Under the pieces are notes generated by a model. It saw only the letters and a program-made list of their open reading frames with translations, had not been told where the DNA came from and did not search any database. Shown here in pieces: positions 1-10,229 of a DNA stretch of 64,000 nt; the first letter of the stretch is position 1, and each line of letters begins with the position of its first letter. The position numbers and the translations under genes are program-made. Origin of the DNA: a virus; the IMG/VR virus record IMGVR_UViG_3300025009_000052; one strand, written 5' to 3'.

Positions 1-142
1 ACGTTCCACCATTTACCACTCTAGCTTCTAAGAATCTATCCTCACCCTCCTTCACTTTAGAGATATCCAAAGTTATCTCTGGAATATCTCTAAAAGGAGG
101 TATTGTAAGTTTAAATTCTTTTTTAGTAACTAAGTCGCTCAT
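1..142 (-). CDS. hypothetical protein, partial (runs off the left edge)
   Basis: ATG at 142 abuts the stop of the upstream gene; reads MSDLVTKKEFKLTIPPFRDIPE... open to the window edge. Confidence 0.7.
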   Translation of the reverse strand, partial: MSDLVTKKEFKLTIPPFRDIPEITLDISKVKEGEDRFLEARVVNGGT

Positions 143-1255
143 TTACAGTGTTATCCCTATACTTCTTAAAAAATCATCATTCGACATTGTTTCTTGAGCA
201 ACTGCCGAGTTTTCCTCGGTAGTTTCCTCTGGATTTGTCTCAAGATCTTCTTCTACCACTATCGGAGCCGAAACAACCGCCGGTTTAGTAGTGGTGACGG
301 GCTTAGTAACAGTCGGCTTAGTAACTACTGGTTTAGTAGTTGTTACCGTCGGCGTTACTGTCGGTTTAGCTAATGTAGTTGGCTTCTGATATACTGGTTT
401 TGTAATTATCGGCTTAGTAACCGCTGGGGTTTCTTCTTCTTCAGGAGCGTCATCTATTACAGGAGCATCGGACTTACCCAGAATTCTATCTACAGCTAGA
501 CAAACATCGGCTTCAGTAGGTTGGTTAACAATTTCTTCTACTTGTTCGGCTGTAATAACAGGATATAGTTTATTGAGCTCATAAGCCTCTTGATCTAATC
601 TGGACAAAATAATCTCATCCAATACATAAGCTTTTCTTTGTTGAACAATCTGTTGCTTCCCATTCAATAGTACAGATACATTTTCCTGATATGGGGTAAC
701 TGTATATGTAGTGTCCAGCGCCTTTCCAGGTGGAACAAAACGATTGATATTAAAATACATACCTTCTAGACCGATTGGATCAATGCCCTGATCTCTAAGA
801 GATTTAATTGCGCCGTCTAAAGCAAGTTTAGCTCTATGTCCAAGCTTCAATAGGCCAATTTCTCCCTGGGGGGTAATAACGTTCATATAGTGCTTACATT
901 CTAAATTATATCTTTTACATAATTCAGCGGCTTCTTTAACATCGTCTCTGGTAGCTTGGCCAGCTTTAAACAATTCAGCTACATTTTTCTTATGAGCTTC
1001 GTAACTTTCTCTCAATAAATGAGCAGCAGATTCAATTTCAACCATTTTGGTCTTTCGATTAGTGACCCTAACGTCTTGAAATGGCTTGTTTTTACCTGTA
1101 GAGTCTTTATACCCCCACTCAATTCGGTAATATTGTGACCACTTACCTTTATCGGCTAATTCACCCATAGGGGGTAAAATACCGTAGATATTATCGCCAT
1201 CTTTAATCTTAAAATTCTTTTTTCCGCCGCCATATCTGGCTGATCCGATTTTCAT
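143..1255 (-). CDS. putative phage ssDNA-binding protein (T4 gp32-like) with Pro/Thr/Lys-rich linker and acidic tail
   Basis: N-terminal FKIKDGDN..ILPP pattern typical of phage gp32-like SSBs; acidic C-terminus ending NDDFLRSIGITL; replication context. Confidence 0.6.
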   Translation of the reverse strand: MKIGSARYGGGKKNFKIKDGDNIYGILPPMGELADKGKWSQYYRIEWGYKDSTGKNKPFQDVRVTNRKTKMVEIESAAHLLRESYEAHKKNVAELFKAGQATRDDVKEAAELCKRYNLECKHYMNVITPQGEIGLLKLGHRAKLALDGAIKSLRDQGIDPIGLEGMYFNINRFVPPGKALDTTYTVTPYQENVSVLLNGKQQIVQQRKAYVLDEIILSRLDQEAYELNKLYPVITAEQVEEIVNQPTEADVCLAVDRILGKSDAPVIDDAPEEEETPAVTKPIITKPVYQKPTTLAKPTVTPTVTTTKPVVTKPTVTKPVTTTKPAVVSAPIVVEEDLETNPEETTEENSAVAQETMSNDDFLRSIGITL

Positions 1256-1271
1256 TTTGACACTCCTTTTG

Positions 1272-2042
1272 TTATATTTGCTCTCTTACCGACGTAAGTG
1301 CTTTTTCAACACCCTCTTCGGTTATTTTTGAACTACTATATATTGAAACTTCTTTTAATTCTTTATCTAATTTAGAACCAACCGTAACTATAAATACGTT
1401 TTTAGTTATTTGCCTAAATCTTTGAGCAAAATCTTTGATCAGATCGGTATTTTCTGTTTGGATCATAATTGGAATAATCGTTCCTTCAAAATCACTATCT
1501 ATAGCCGAAACAGTTGCCTTGTCTAGATAATAAAGACCGGCTACCTCAGCCCCAACACCTTCGTTAAACGATTTAACAACAACATTTAAAGCTTCTTTTT
1601 CTGATTTGATAATTTTGTTAAACTTAGCGCTAGGTATTAGAGACTTATAACCCGTTATTCCTATTGTATAAGCAATACTTTCAAAGGTTGAGCTCAAAAT
1701 ATCAAACATTGACGATCCAGCCAATTTGTTCATATAGATTCTTGGACTAACTTCTTTAAGAAGGGTTTTATAAAAATCTTCCCCATCTAAGGTAAAACAA
1801 TCAAACTTTTCTTTAGATATTTTAGCAAATTCGTCACTTAAAGATCCTGTAATTAAAATAAAAGCACAATTACACTGTACGGCGGCTCGGTACTTTATAA
1901 ACAAATCATTTAGATCTTCTTTTGCTCGTCTAGCCTTAGACTCTAACCCTCTTAAAGTATGGGGATTTTCAGTATCTATCTTTGTATTCACAATGTCTTT
2001 GTTTTGCTTTATTTTAGCCATAATCTCAACTAATTTGCTCAT
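1272..2042 (-). CDS. hypothetical protein
   Basis: 256-aa ORF with GGAG RBS, in operon. Confidence 0.7.
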   Translation of the reverse strand: MSKLVEIMAKIKQNKDIVNTKIDTENPHTLRGLESKARRAKEDLNDLFIKYRAAVQCNCAFILITGSLSDEFAKISKEKFDCFTLDGEDFYKTLLKEVSPRIYMNKLAGSSMFDILSSTFESIAYTIGITGYKSLIPSAKFNKIIKSEKEALNVVVKSFNEGVGAEVAGLYYLDKATVSAIDSDFEGTIIPIMIQTENTDLIKDFAQRFRQITKNVFIVTVGSKLDKELKEVSIYSSSKITEEGVEKALTSVREQI

Positions 2043-2050
2043 TTTTTCTC

Positions 2051-2284
2051 CTATATTCCAAAATATTTTTTAACTTTATCTTCCGTATTAAAAGAATCCC
2101 TAGCCTTTTGCAAGTCAATTCGACCATCGTAATTATTTAAGAATGTTTTATTTATAACAAATTTATCTTCAAGTTTAATTTGCAAATATAGATAATCCCC
2201 TTTTATTGATTGGCTAACCCTATGCTCTAATTTATCAGTTATATTGTCGATCGTTTGAAGCTCAGAAACAATTGGGTCGTACAT
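2051..2284 (-). CDS. hypothetical protein
   Basis: 77-aa ORF in operon. Confidence 0.6.
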   Translation of the reverse strand: MYDPIVSELQTIDNITDKLEHRVSQSIKGDYLYLQIKLEDKFVINKTFLNNYDGRIDLQKARDSFNTEDKVKKYFGI

Positions 2285-2969
2285 TCTTACCTTCCTTTCT
2301 CTTATATACCATATTTTTATTATTTTTTATTAAAAAATTAGTAAAATATGCTGTCGCTTGAGATGTACCTGATAATACAGGTGTTCCCATCTGTAAGCCT
2401 TTTGTGTAACAGGTAACTATTGATCCATAATTAGAAGATTCAGTGTCTATCGCTCCAACCGAGTAAAAATTTTTACTTAATATTGTTCCATAACAAGCCG
2501 GATAAATATCACAAATATTGTCTAAATCCCTATTTTCATTACCAGATGCTACTATTACCATTGTCTTATGAGTTATCTTCTCTAATTCCAGAAATTCTTT
2601 ATGCTCGTATCCACCACCACTCATAGATATATTTAAATAACTTAACCCGTCTATATTAGCTTGTTTTAATGCTTTTATGGTATATTGCAAAGATTGTCGG
2701 GCAGTAATATCGTAATTCCAAACTTTATAGGACACAATACAATATTTTTTACTATCTAAGCCTGAAGATACTAGGCCAAAGATATTGGTTCCATGACCAT
2801 GTGAGTCGTATCCAGAACTGTCTGGTACGAATGATTTTAACCCATTACGACATAGGATAGGGTTTTCTGCTTGGACAATACTAATGCCAGAATCTATAAT
2901 ACCTATTTTAATACGATCTTCTGACCAACCAATGTTGATTAGTAGTAGGACAATAAGAATATATTTCAT
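2262..2969 (-). CDS. exported subtilisin-like S8 serine peptidase
   Basis: Catalytic motifs IIDSG, HGHGT, ASGN, SGTSQAT; likely start MKYILIVLLL (signal-peptide-like) after AGGAG. Confidence 0.85.
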   Translation of the reverse strand: MKYILIVLLLINIGWSEDRIKIGIIDSGISIVQAENPILCRNGLKSFVPDSSGYDSHGHGTNIFGLVSSGLDSKKYCIVSYKVWNYDITARQSLQYTIKALKQANIDGLSYLNISMSGGGYEHKEFLELEKITHKTMVIVASGNENRDLDNICDIYPACYGTILSKNFYSVGAIDTESSNYGSIVTCYTKGLQMGTPVLSGTSQATAYFTNFLIKNNKNMVYKRKEGKNVRPNCF

Positions 2970-3010
2970 AACTACTCCTACCATTAAACTACCACAATCT
3001 CCCAATTATG

Positions 3011-6000
3011 TCAAATAGATTCTGCTTTTATTTGTATCCGTATAATATTAGTATAAGGCTTGTCGGGCTTTTTGTAGTAGAAAAAACAACAAACAGCACC
3101 GGCTTTTAGTTCTGGTGGATATGACAATATTCCAGTATCGTAATCTGGCCATAAAACCTTTTCAGATGTATATCCAGAGGAATCCACCACTATCTTTAAG
3201 GCTTTTTTAGACCCATTAGAGTAGGCAAACTCTTCAGCATTTATAATATATCCGAGAACACAAAACCTAAAGTATTGGGTAATATTGGTTTCATCTATTT
3301 TTTGAAGCTGCTCGCCAGTTAAAAGGGGAAATTCTTCACCAAAATTATTACAAATCACAGGATATTGGGGAGTAATGTGAATCTCACCTTCGTAATTTTC
3401 TAAAAAAATCTTAGTTAAATCCAAATTCATAGTCGGAAATATTGATTTTTTAATCTGAAAATCTTTTAACGGAGTCATTCCGATATACAAATCGTTTATT
3501 TTAGATGCTGCTGGGCCCTTTTTTTCGTATTTTTCTTTTAGCTTAACCTGTTTGGGATCTAAAATATCGTAAGAATTAAGCTTTTCTAGATAATCTCTAT
3601 AGATAACGGCGTCTTCAAATTTTTTCATCTTCACTAGTAGACTATCTTTAGGGTCAAATAAAGAATCCAGCACACCCACATGGATTAGTTTTCTAGCAAT
3701 TGCACTACCACATACCTTTTTATTAGCAAAGTCTTGTATAGATTTATAGGGTCTTCCTTCTATTATTTTATTCGCTAGTTTAGCCCCGACCCCAACAATC
3801 ATTGATAACTTGTTTCTAATCTTATTTAAATTATAGTCAATACTCATTTTTTCAGTAGATAGGTTAATATCAGGAGGTAAAACCATATCTCTAGTGTACT
3901 GATAAAATACTTCTTTAATCTCTTTATCTTTAGCATTACTAAGTACTGCTGCCCACCATTCTAGGGGGTAATGGTACTTTAAAAAGGCGCAAGCGTATGA
4001 AATTACGGAGTAACCAACAGCATGACTTTTGTTAAAACCATACCGAGCAAACGTTTCCATCATAGACCAAATTTCGGTCGCAACGTCCCTACCAACTTTT
4101 ATAGTAGCGCCCTCTATAAACACAGGTTTTAAGGAGTCGATTAGTTTCTTTTTCTTTTTTCCCATAGCTATACGAACGTTTTCTGAATCTATAACTGACA
4201 TTCCAGCTAACTCTCGGCATATTCGACTAACCTGTTCTTGGAAAACAATAATACCATGAGTTTCAGGTAGCATTTGATTAAGAATTTCTAAGTGACCCCT
4301 ACTTGTTCCGTTATTTCTCGCCACATACTCCTCGGCCATATTTCTACCAGTTTTTTCGTCAATAAAATCAAGTGGTCCTGGTCGCACTAAAGAGGTTATA
4401 GTGGCGCAATCTAGTATTGATTTTGGCTGTAATCTTTTTACAAAAGGAGTGACCGACTGTGTATTTAGTTGGAAAACACTTTCTGTTTTTCCACTACCTA
4501 ACATTTTAAAAACATTTTGGTCTTCTGGTAAATCCCAGATGTAAGTTTTAGTTCCGTTATGTAAAAAATAACCAGTTTCTATTGTGCCACAATCTTTTAT
4601 AGTTTTATTACATTTAGGACATATTAGGTTGGCAGCCTGGTCATGTAGGCAAATTGGTTCCAAACACCCGTCCCCTGACTCTTCAGTCCAGCCATCCTCT
4701 TTAAACATTTCAGGATCGCATTGTTTACAACCATAACTACCACTTTCTGGATGTTGCCAACCAATACACTGTGGTTCATTCGTTTTTTTAGCATTAATAT
4801 AGTCTAAGGCAAACCGTATATCTTTTAACGACTGGACTACTAAAAAATCATATTTAATTAACTTAGCCTCTTCACATTGTTTAGCTTCAGGTTGGGTTAC
4901 TCGATTTACCCCACCTATTTCAAAAACCGGCAAAATATCTTCAATATCACAATCGGCAATTAAATATGAACAAGCATGGCGAGAGTTTTGTCTAGATAGT
5001 GATAGGGCTCTTTTAACTATATCCCACTCTTTTGGCCTTTCAGTGGCATATTTTTGTAAATCATCGTTAGTTTCTAATAGGCCTGGGTGCCAAGTACCCT
5101 CATTATCTTCATATCCAAATACATATTCATTATCATTCACTCCTTGAGGGGTATTAGGGAGTGACTTACTAAAAGCAGCTACCAAATCATCTACCTTACC
5201 ACCATTTATAAATCGATTTGCGTCTAAAATAGCGGATTTAATCCTTAAAAGGGTTCGGGTTGACGCTTGGGCAACTCTTTTTCCGTATGTTTTATATAAG
5301 TACCCACTATTCCCATCTTGCCCAACCAAAGGAGTACGACTTTCAAAGTCCGCATCTATGTCGGGATAATTTCCCTGCTGTATTCTATCTAAGGTTAGGA
5401 ACCTAGCACTAGATAGTCCATATTTAATAGGGTCTAAGTGGGTTATTCCGGCTAGATAAGATATGAGGAATCCACCAGCACTTCCCCTGGCAGGACCGGT
5501 TAAAAACCCACTCTTGGCGTAGAAATCAAATATTTTCTCTATCGGTAAGAAATATGGTATTAAATTAATTACACCATTTTTAGTCAATAAATCAAATTCC
5601 TCTCTAAACTGCTGTACATATTGGGGATTATCCCATTTCATTCTACCTTTTTTCTTAATTATATCAATTAAAAGCTGTTCTGGGTTACCGTCAACCTCTG
5701 GGAGTCGGTAACTATACTTTAACTCAAAGTCTTTGAATCTTTCGGCCCATTGATAGCTGTTTTGAACGGTTTTTTCAATAGCCTTATCGGTAAATCCCAA
5801 TTCAGTTATTAGATATTCTTTAATATCTTCGGTTGAACAAATATATTGACTTGCTTGGAATTGTTTTTCACCACCCAAACGCATATTTTGGACGATTTTA
5901 TCTTCTTTTTCTGAATAATAAGCGTAATTATTAATCAATAGCTTGCCGGCTTGTCCAAATTTCTGGGCTAGAGCCATAATAAACTTATTAGCTTTAGTTT

Positions 6001-6802
6001 GGATATCTCCGGTAGGCATATCTCTAAAGGTATTGATTAGTTTAGCCCCATGAATATCTTGAAATGGCTCAGCTACCTTATATCTAACTTTATTAATATA
6101 GATATAAAGTAGTTTTTTGTGCTTATTTCCCCTTCTAGTTAGTTCAATAGCTGTAGCTTGTTCAAAATAATCAGTTTCTATTCTATCGTTAGCCGGAATA
6201 TAATATTTTTTACCGTTTAATTGGACTTCTACCGTTTCTGACCAATATTGATTGTGTTTATAGGGAACAATAGACGGATAAAAATTATCTTTAAATAATT
6301 CCAATAGCCTTTGATAATATTGCATACCTACACTAGCACTGTTAACTAATAAATGTTTAGTTACAATATCTTCTACGTTGGAATTAGAAACAGTTACGTT
6401 GAATTTGCTTAGGTCCTCGAGGTCCGCCCATGTCCACAAATAGAATTTATGATCGCCAATATACATCTTAGTTCTTTGGGTATTACTACACATTTTGACT
6501 AATTTCTGATAAGCCGGTTGGTCTAAAGCGTGTATTACCAATTTAAAATATTTAACATTTTGAGATGGGGTATTTAAGGCCATAGGACAGTTTGGATCTT
6601 TAAAGAAGATTTCAATACCCAGTATCGGTTTAATATCGCTTTTTTTAGCGTATGAATATGCTTTCAAAGAACAGGACATATATCCATTATCGGTAACGGC
6701 AAAGTATGGTAACCCAAGTTCTTTAGACCGTTTAATCATAGAACTAACTGTAGAGCCGGTCAAATAGCTTTCTGGATGATTACATGTACCGATATGATTC
6801 AC
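3011..6802 (-). CDS. dnaE: DNA polymerase III alpha subunit (family C)
   Basis: PHP domain (AVTDNG, KPILGIE), GPARGSAGG, PDIDADF, HAC, KYDFL, RPGP, FQEQV, YGFNKSHA, LPPDIN. Confidence 0.97.
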   Translation of the reverse strand: MNHIGTCNHPESYLTGSTVSSMIKRSKELGLPYFAVTDNGYMSCSLKAYSYAKKSDIKPILGIEIFFKDPNCPMALNTPSQNVKYFKLVIHALDQPAYQKLVKMCSNTQRTKMYIGDHKFYLWTWADLEDLSKFNVTVSNSNVEDIVTKHLLVNSASVGMQYYQRLLELFKDNFYPSIVPYKHNQYWSETVEVQLNGKKYYIPANDRIETDYFEQATAIELTRRGNKHKKLLYIYINKVRYKVAEPFQDIHGAKLINTFRDMPTGDIQTKANKFIMALAQKFGQAGKLLINNYAYYSEKEDKIVQNMRLGGEKQFQASQYICSTEDIKEYLITELGFTDKAIEKTVQNSYQWAERFKDFELKYSYRLPEVDGNPEQLLIDIIKKKGRMKWDNPQYVQQFREEFDLLTKNGVINLIPYFLPIEKIFDFYAKSGFLTGPARGSAGGFLISYLAGITHLDPIKYGLSSARFLTLDRIQQGNYPDIDADFESRTPLVGQDGNSGYLYKTYGKRVAQASTRTLLRIKSAILDANRFINGGKVDDLVAAFSKSLPNTPQGVNDNEYVFGYEDNEGTWHPGLLETNDDLQKYATERPKEWDIVKRALSLSRQNSRHACSYLIADCDIEDILPVFEIGGVNRVTQPEAKQCEEAKLIKYDFLVVQSLKDIRFALDYINAKKTNEPQCIGWQHPESGSYGCKQCDPEMFKEDGWTEESGDGCLEPICLHDQAANLICPKCNKTIKDCGTIETGYFLHNGTKTYIWDLPEDQNVFKMLGSGKTESVFQLNTQSVTPFVKRLQPKSILDCATITSLVRPGPLDFIDEKTGRNMAEEYVARNNGTSRGHLEILNQMLPETHGIIVFQEQVSRICRELAGMSVIDSENVRIAMGKKKKKLIDSLKPVFIEGATIKVGRDVATEIWSMMETFARYGFNKSHAVGYSVISYACAFLKYHYPLEWWAAVLSNAKDKEIKEVFYQYTRDMVLPPDINLSTEKMSIDYNLNKIRNKLSMIVGVGAKLANKIIEGRPYKSIQDFANKKVCGSAIARKLIHVGVLDSLFDPKDSLLVKMKKFEDAVIYRDYLEKLNSYDILDPKQVKLKEKYEKKGPAASKINDLYIGMTPLKDFQIKKSIFPTMNLDLTKIFLENYEGEIHITPQYPVICNNFGEEFPLLTGEQLQKIDETNITQYFRFCVLGYIINAEEFAYSNGSKKALKIVVDSSGYTSEKVLWPDYDTGILSYPPELKAGAVCCFFYYKKPDKPYTNIIRIQIKAESI

Positions 6803-7059
6803 TAAACATCTCCGTTTTGTTCAATTTTCTTATCTTCGTAAGGGGAGATTATTCGTCTGTACATTTCTAATTTAGCACCTTCTAGAGCACCTATAGCGTC
6901 ATTAAAGTCCTGATATTTAGCCACATCTCGCTCTATAAACATATAGCAAATGGAGGTGATTAAATAGTTTAGTTCTCCAGCATTTTTAGGAGTATTTTTA
7001 AATATCTCCAACAAAGCTTTATCGAATTTTAATCTATCGTCCTGTTTTATATATGGCAT
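6802..7059 (-). CDS. conserved phage hypothetical protein
   Basis: MPYI..GELNY..GALE.AKLE.YRR..PYED.K..NGDV pattern, recalled as common in phages. Confidence 0.7.
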   Translation of the reverse strand: MPYIKQDDRLKFDKALLEIFKNTPKNAGELNYLITSICYMFIERDVAKYQDFNDAIGALEGAKLEMYRRIISPYEDKKIEQNGDV

Positions 7060-7691
7060 TATTCCTCCACTATTTCTAATAAAGAACTACCTGACGTAAT
7101 CCCCATTTCATGTTTTTTACTTTTCATCAAAGCCAAAAAAGCTTTATAGACATCGACCGTCATTCTAATATCTTCCTTGGCGTTGTGGGCTTGGCCCATT
7201 GGAATATTAAAATACTCTACCATACTTTCCAACTTACCAAGTTCTTTAGGTAGTATACCAGCCTCTTGAAAAAAAGTCAATATCCTTAATGTATCTAAGG
7301 AATTGTGATGGACATATTTTGACCAGATTTCCCCATCCAACAATTGGTTTTTAACAAAGGGTATATCAAAATCAATATTCTGACCACACGGCCTATAGTG
7401 CCTTCTCTTTTTTGGAATCTTATGTTTTTCCAGTAAGGCTACTAATTTAACGGCTCCTTCTTTGTAAGTAATTGTTTGGGGGTCATTAAGGTGGTCTTCT
7501 AAATTAATACCAGTTACTTGCATTGCTTCTGGCGTAACACAAATCGTGCTAACATCTTCCGGCTTCAATTGGAGATACAACTCATCTATCAGTTCTAAAT
7601 CGTCGTTATATACACCGAAATAAGCTGTTAATAAAGAATGAATAGTAGGGTCAAGCCCTCCCGTTTCACAGTCAAAAAACAATTTTCTCAC
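7059..7691 (-). CDS. dnaQ: DEDDh 3'-5' exonuclease (DnaQ/epsilon-like)
   Basis: DCETGG (ExoI), QNIDFD (ExoII), AHNAKED (ExoIII); next to dnaE. Confidence 0.9.
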   Translation of the reverse strand: MRKLFFDCETGGLDPTIHSLLTAYFGVYNDDLELIDELYLQLKPEDVSTICVTPEAMQVTGINLEDHLNDPQTITYKEGAVKLVALLEKHKIPKKRRHYRPCGQNIDFDIPFVKNQLLDGEIWSKYVHHNSLDTLRILTFFQEAGILPKELGKLESMVEYFNIPMGQAHNAKEDIRMTVDVYKAFLALMKSKKHEMGITSGSSLLEIVEE

Positions 7692-7924
7692 TAGTCCCTC
7701 ACATTTATTTTAAGTTTTTTTCTAATTTTTCTAATAGCTGCCATAAATATATTATCAACCTCATTGTTTTCTAGTAATAAGACTTTGGCTATTCTATCGT
7801 CCTCAACACCATCAGGATAAGAATCCATAAAAATCTTTAGAGAATTGTTTAGCCGTGGGCAGTAGATAAAATCTCTCTCTTGTTCGATCTTATCTTGTAT
7901 TTTTTTCTTGTCTTTTGGGTTCAT
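7691..7924 (-). CDS. small protein resembling a stand-alone sigma70 region 4 HTH
   Basis: DGVEDDRIAKVLLLENNEVDNIFMAAIRKIRKKL resembles the sigma4 pattern T.EEIA..L...ERV.QI...A.RKLR. Confidence 0.55.
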   Translation of the reverse strand: MNPKDKKKIQDKIEQERDFIYCPRLNNSLKIFMDSYPDGVEDDRIAKVLLLENNEVDNIFMAAIRKIRKKLKINVRD

Positions 7925-8289
7925 GGTTTCCTTTTAAATGGAAGTACGGTTTCTCCACCGTACTCGGTTTTAAATTGAGTTAAATATAAATCGTATTTTT
8001 TTAAATTACTATCAATAGAGTTTTGTAGTTTTTTTCTTAAATTGCTGAATTTAATAATATTAGTTCTAACCTCTTCCAGAGCCTCCATTGATTTTTTATA
8101 TTCTGGCAATACAGCTACAATGTCGTCCCGCCTTAATAGGTTAATATTATAGGTTAAATCTCTTTGTAATCTATCCAGATAAAACAGGTCAATTTCAATT
8201 CTATTCAAGTCGTGCTCTAGTAAATTAGTTTCCATCTCCAGCCCTACAATTATTCCTCTAAGTTCTTTTATTTTCTTCTTCAGACGCAT
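7921..8289 (-). CDS. coiled-coil hypothetical protein
   Basis: 122-aa ORF with heptad-like pattern. Confidence 0.65.
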   Translation of the reverse strand: MRLKKKIKELRGIIVGLEMETNLLEHDLNRIEIDLFYLDRLQRDLTYNINLLRRDDIVAVLPEYKKSMEALEEVRTNIIKFSNLRKKLQNSIDSNLKKYDLYLTQFKTEYGGETVLPFKRKP

Positions 8290-8326
8290 ACCTACTTATA
8301 ACATTCGCCATTAATCCTCTCTTAAT

Positions 8327-8381
8327 ACTATATACCACAAAAAATAAAAAACCCTCCAATTAGGAGGGTTAGTTTAGAAAA
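8327..8381 (-). repeat. 55-bp terminator-plus-promoter cassette, copy 1
   Basis: Identical to 14812-14866; contains hairpin AACCCTCC/GGAGGGTT with U-tract and TGTGGTATATAGT extended -10. Confidence 0.9.
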
Positions 8382-8395
8382 GTATCTTTGTTATT

Positions 8396-9616
8396 TTAGT
8401 TAGATTTCTCTTCGAGATATATCGGAAAGCTTCTAAAAAAACTAGTTCTTCTTTTGTTGGTTTTAATATAATAATTAAGCATTTGGAGAGCTTCGGAGTC
8501 GAAACCCTTACCTTCCGAATAGTCGTCTTGACCAGGAACACTGCCATTTACCTGCACCTTTCCTTGACCATACTCTACTCTTTCGTGCCAGTGGCCAACC
8601 CGATAAAAATCTACAATTTTACCGATTTGAGCTTGTCTCTTATTCATTAGTTTCATCATAGTATCACGATTTAAATTTGAGAGCTCGTTACCGTGTTCGT
8701 AAACTATAGTTGAGCCGTATATTTCGGTATTAGTAAACATTTTACTGGTTATAGAAAATTTAATATTTTTCAATCCGCCAACTTGACATAGCAATTCTAA
8801 TTGCTTATAGATAACGTAGGTTAAATTGTTTTCTCCTGGCTTAACATATGTGCTTTGTTTCCCCAATCTATCATGATTTCCAGTTACACAAACAATATCG
8901 ATACAAGGAAGGCCGGTTAAAGATATTGGAATTAAAAGGTCATGGTAGATACTAACAATCGCTTCATTCATTTGTCTTGAGGTTCCAAATTCACACCCCA
9001 TTAAAGATTCTTCTCCATGCATATGGGAAGACTCAATAATATCTCCTAGAATTCCGATTACCATTCGTTCCACATCATAAAAGACAGAGTTTCGCTTTAT
9101 TTCTTTCACAACTTGGTCACACACTTTTTTAATTCTTTTTCTAATAACATCACAAGACACTACAGTATTTCCACAATCATCTTTGATTAATTTACCATAA
9201 TGGATATCACTTAACAGCAATTCCATGGTCATTTTATCTTTAGTTTTATTATCTTTTGATTTAAAAACCAATGATTTAGGTACTTTATACGGTGATAGTT
9301 TAATTTGTTCTAGAAGTAATTTAAACTGGTCTAGTAAATCTTCTCGATCAATCCAAGATTGGAGGATGGTACGATTTTCTTTGGCTCTGTATGAATTGTT
9401 TTTCTTGCTTCTGTGAACATCTTTTAATAGTTTTAGGTCGTGGTCTTTTTGTAAAAATAAATCTTTATTTCTTTGGTAACATTTTCTAATTGCTTCAGAG
9501 TGAACATTTTCTTTAAATTTTTTTTCAAAAGCGTCGCCTATTTCTGCCCACGTCCAATCAGTTTCTTCTTTTTTTTGAATAATAAAAATAATTTCTTGAT
9601 CAGTCCATTTTCTCAT
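8396..9616 (-). CDS. N-terminal HTH plus calcineurin-like metallophosphoesterase
   Basis: SDIHYG, GDIIE, GNHDR, EHG, GHWH motifs. Confidence 0.85.
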   Translation of the reverse strand: MRKWTDQEIIFIIQKKEETDWTWAEIGDAFEKKFKENVHSEAIRKCYQRNKDLFLQKDHDLKLLKDVHRSKKNNSYRAKENRTILQSWIDREDLLDQFKLLLEQIKLSPYKVPKSLVFKSKDNKTKDKMTMELLLSDIHYGKLIKDDCGNTVVSCDVIRKRIKKVCDQVVKEIKRNSVFYDVERMVIGILGDIIESSHMHGEESLMGCEFGTSRQMNEAIVSIYHDLLIPISLTGLPCIDIVCVTGNHDRLGKQSTYVKPGENNLTYVIYKQLELLCQVGGLKNIKFSITSKMFTNTEIYGSTIVYEHGNELSNLNRDTMMKLMNKRQAQIGKIVDFYRVGHWHERVEYGQGKVQVNGSVPGQDDYSEGKGFDSEALQMLNYYIKTNKRRTSFFRSFPIYLEEKSN

Positions 9617-9636
9617 CGTACCATCCTGTTTTTTTA

Positions 9637-9644
9637 TAAAGATT
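9637..9644 (-). promoter_or_regulatory. candidate late promoter element AATCTTTA
   Basis: Same octamer upstream of several virion/lysis genes. Confidence 0.5.
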
Positions 9645-9683
9645 ACGATATTTTAAAAAAACACCGTAATCTAACTGCTAATA

Positions 9684-10229
9684 TTATGCAGGATCTTTGT
9701 CAAATTTAATTTCTTTTTTAGGAGGAATAATATCATATACCTCCATAATTTCTATTGAACTTTCACTATCGTCGTTTTTAAACAAAGACCCTTCTTTTTG
9801 TCCAATAAATTTCGGCTTAAGGTCTGCCACTAACGAGGCAACTGCAAACTGTATTCTAGGTGCAATTACGTTACCGTCCTTATCAATTTCTCGACCAACA
9901 ACAAAACACTGTTCGTCTTTTATAAGACCATCGGACGACCTTTTCGCTATACCCTTATCTATCAACATCTGCACTTTAGACTCCAACGATTTAGCATTCT
10001 CGTCCACAATTACTTGCGTTACAGAATCACTAGAAATGTTAGCGATTTGATTGCTGGCATTTAATCGCCTAGCTAAAAGCTGTACAACTTGACCAATCTT
10101 ATCAATTTCTTCAGCCAAAATTTGAATTTGTTGTTGGAGACCAGTAGTCAGCCCTTCTAATGCAATTAGTTTTTGACTTGCATTAAGTGATTTTGTTTTA
10201 GTTTCTGATTTTTTAGTAATTTTACCCAT
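9684..10229 (-). CDS. hypothetical protein
   Basis: 181-aa ORF, translationally coupled. Confidence 0.7.
   Translation of the reverse strand: MGKITKKSETKTKSLNASQKLIALEGLTTGLQQQIQILAEEIDKIGQVVQLLARRLNASNQIANISSDSVTQVIVDENAKSLESKVQMLIDKGIAKRSSDGLIKDEQCFVVGREIDKDGNVIAPRIQFAVASLVADLKPKFIGQKEGSLFKNDDSESSIEIMEVYDIIPPKKEIKFDKDPA

Noticed and set aside
280-430. TKP-like repeats in the SSB as a DNA repeat element
   Set aside because: Degenerate low-complexity protein linker with synonymous variation
4580-4790. Intein in DnaE
   Set aside because: No Cys...His-Asn splice junctions or intein blocks
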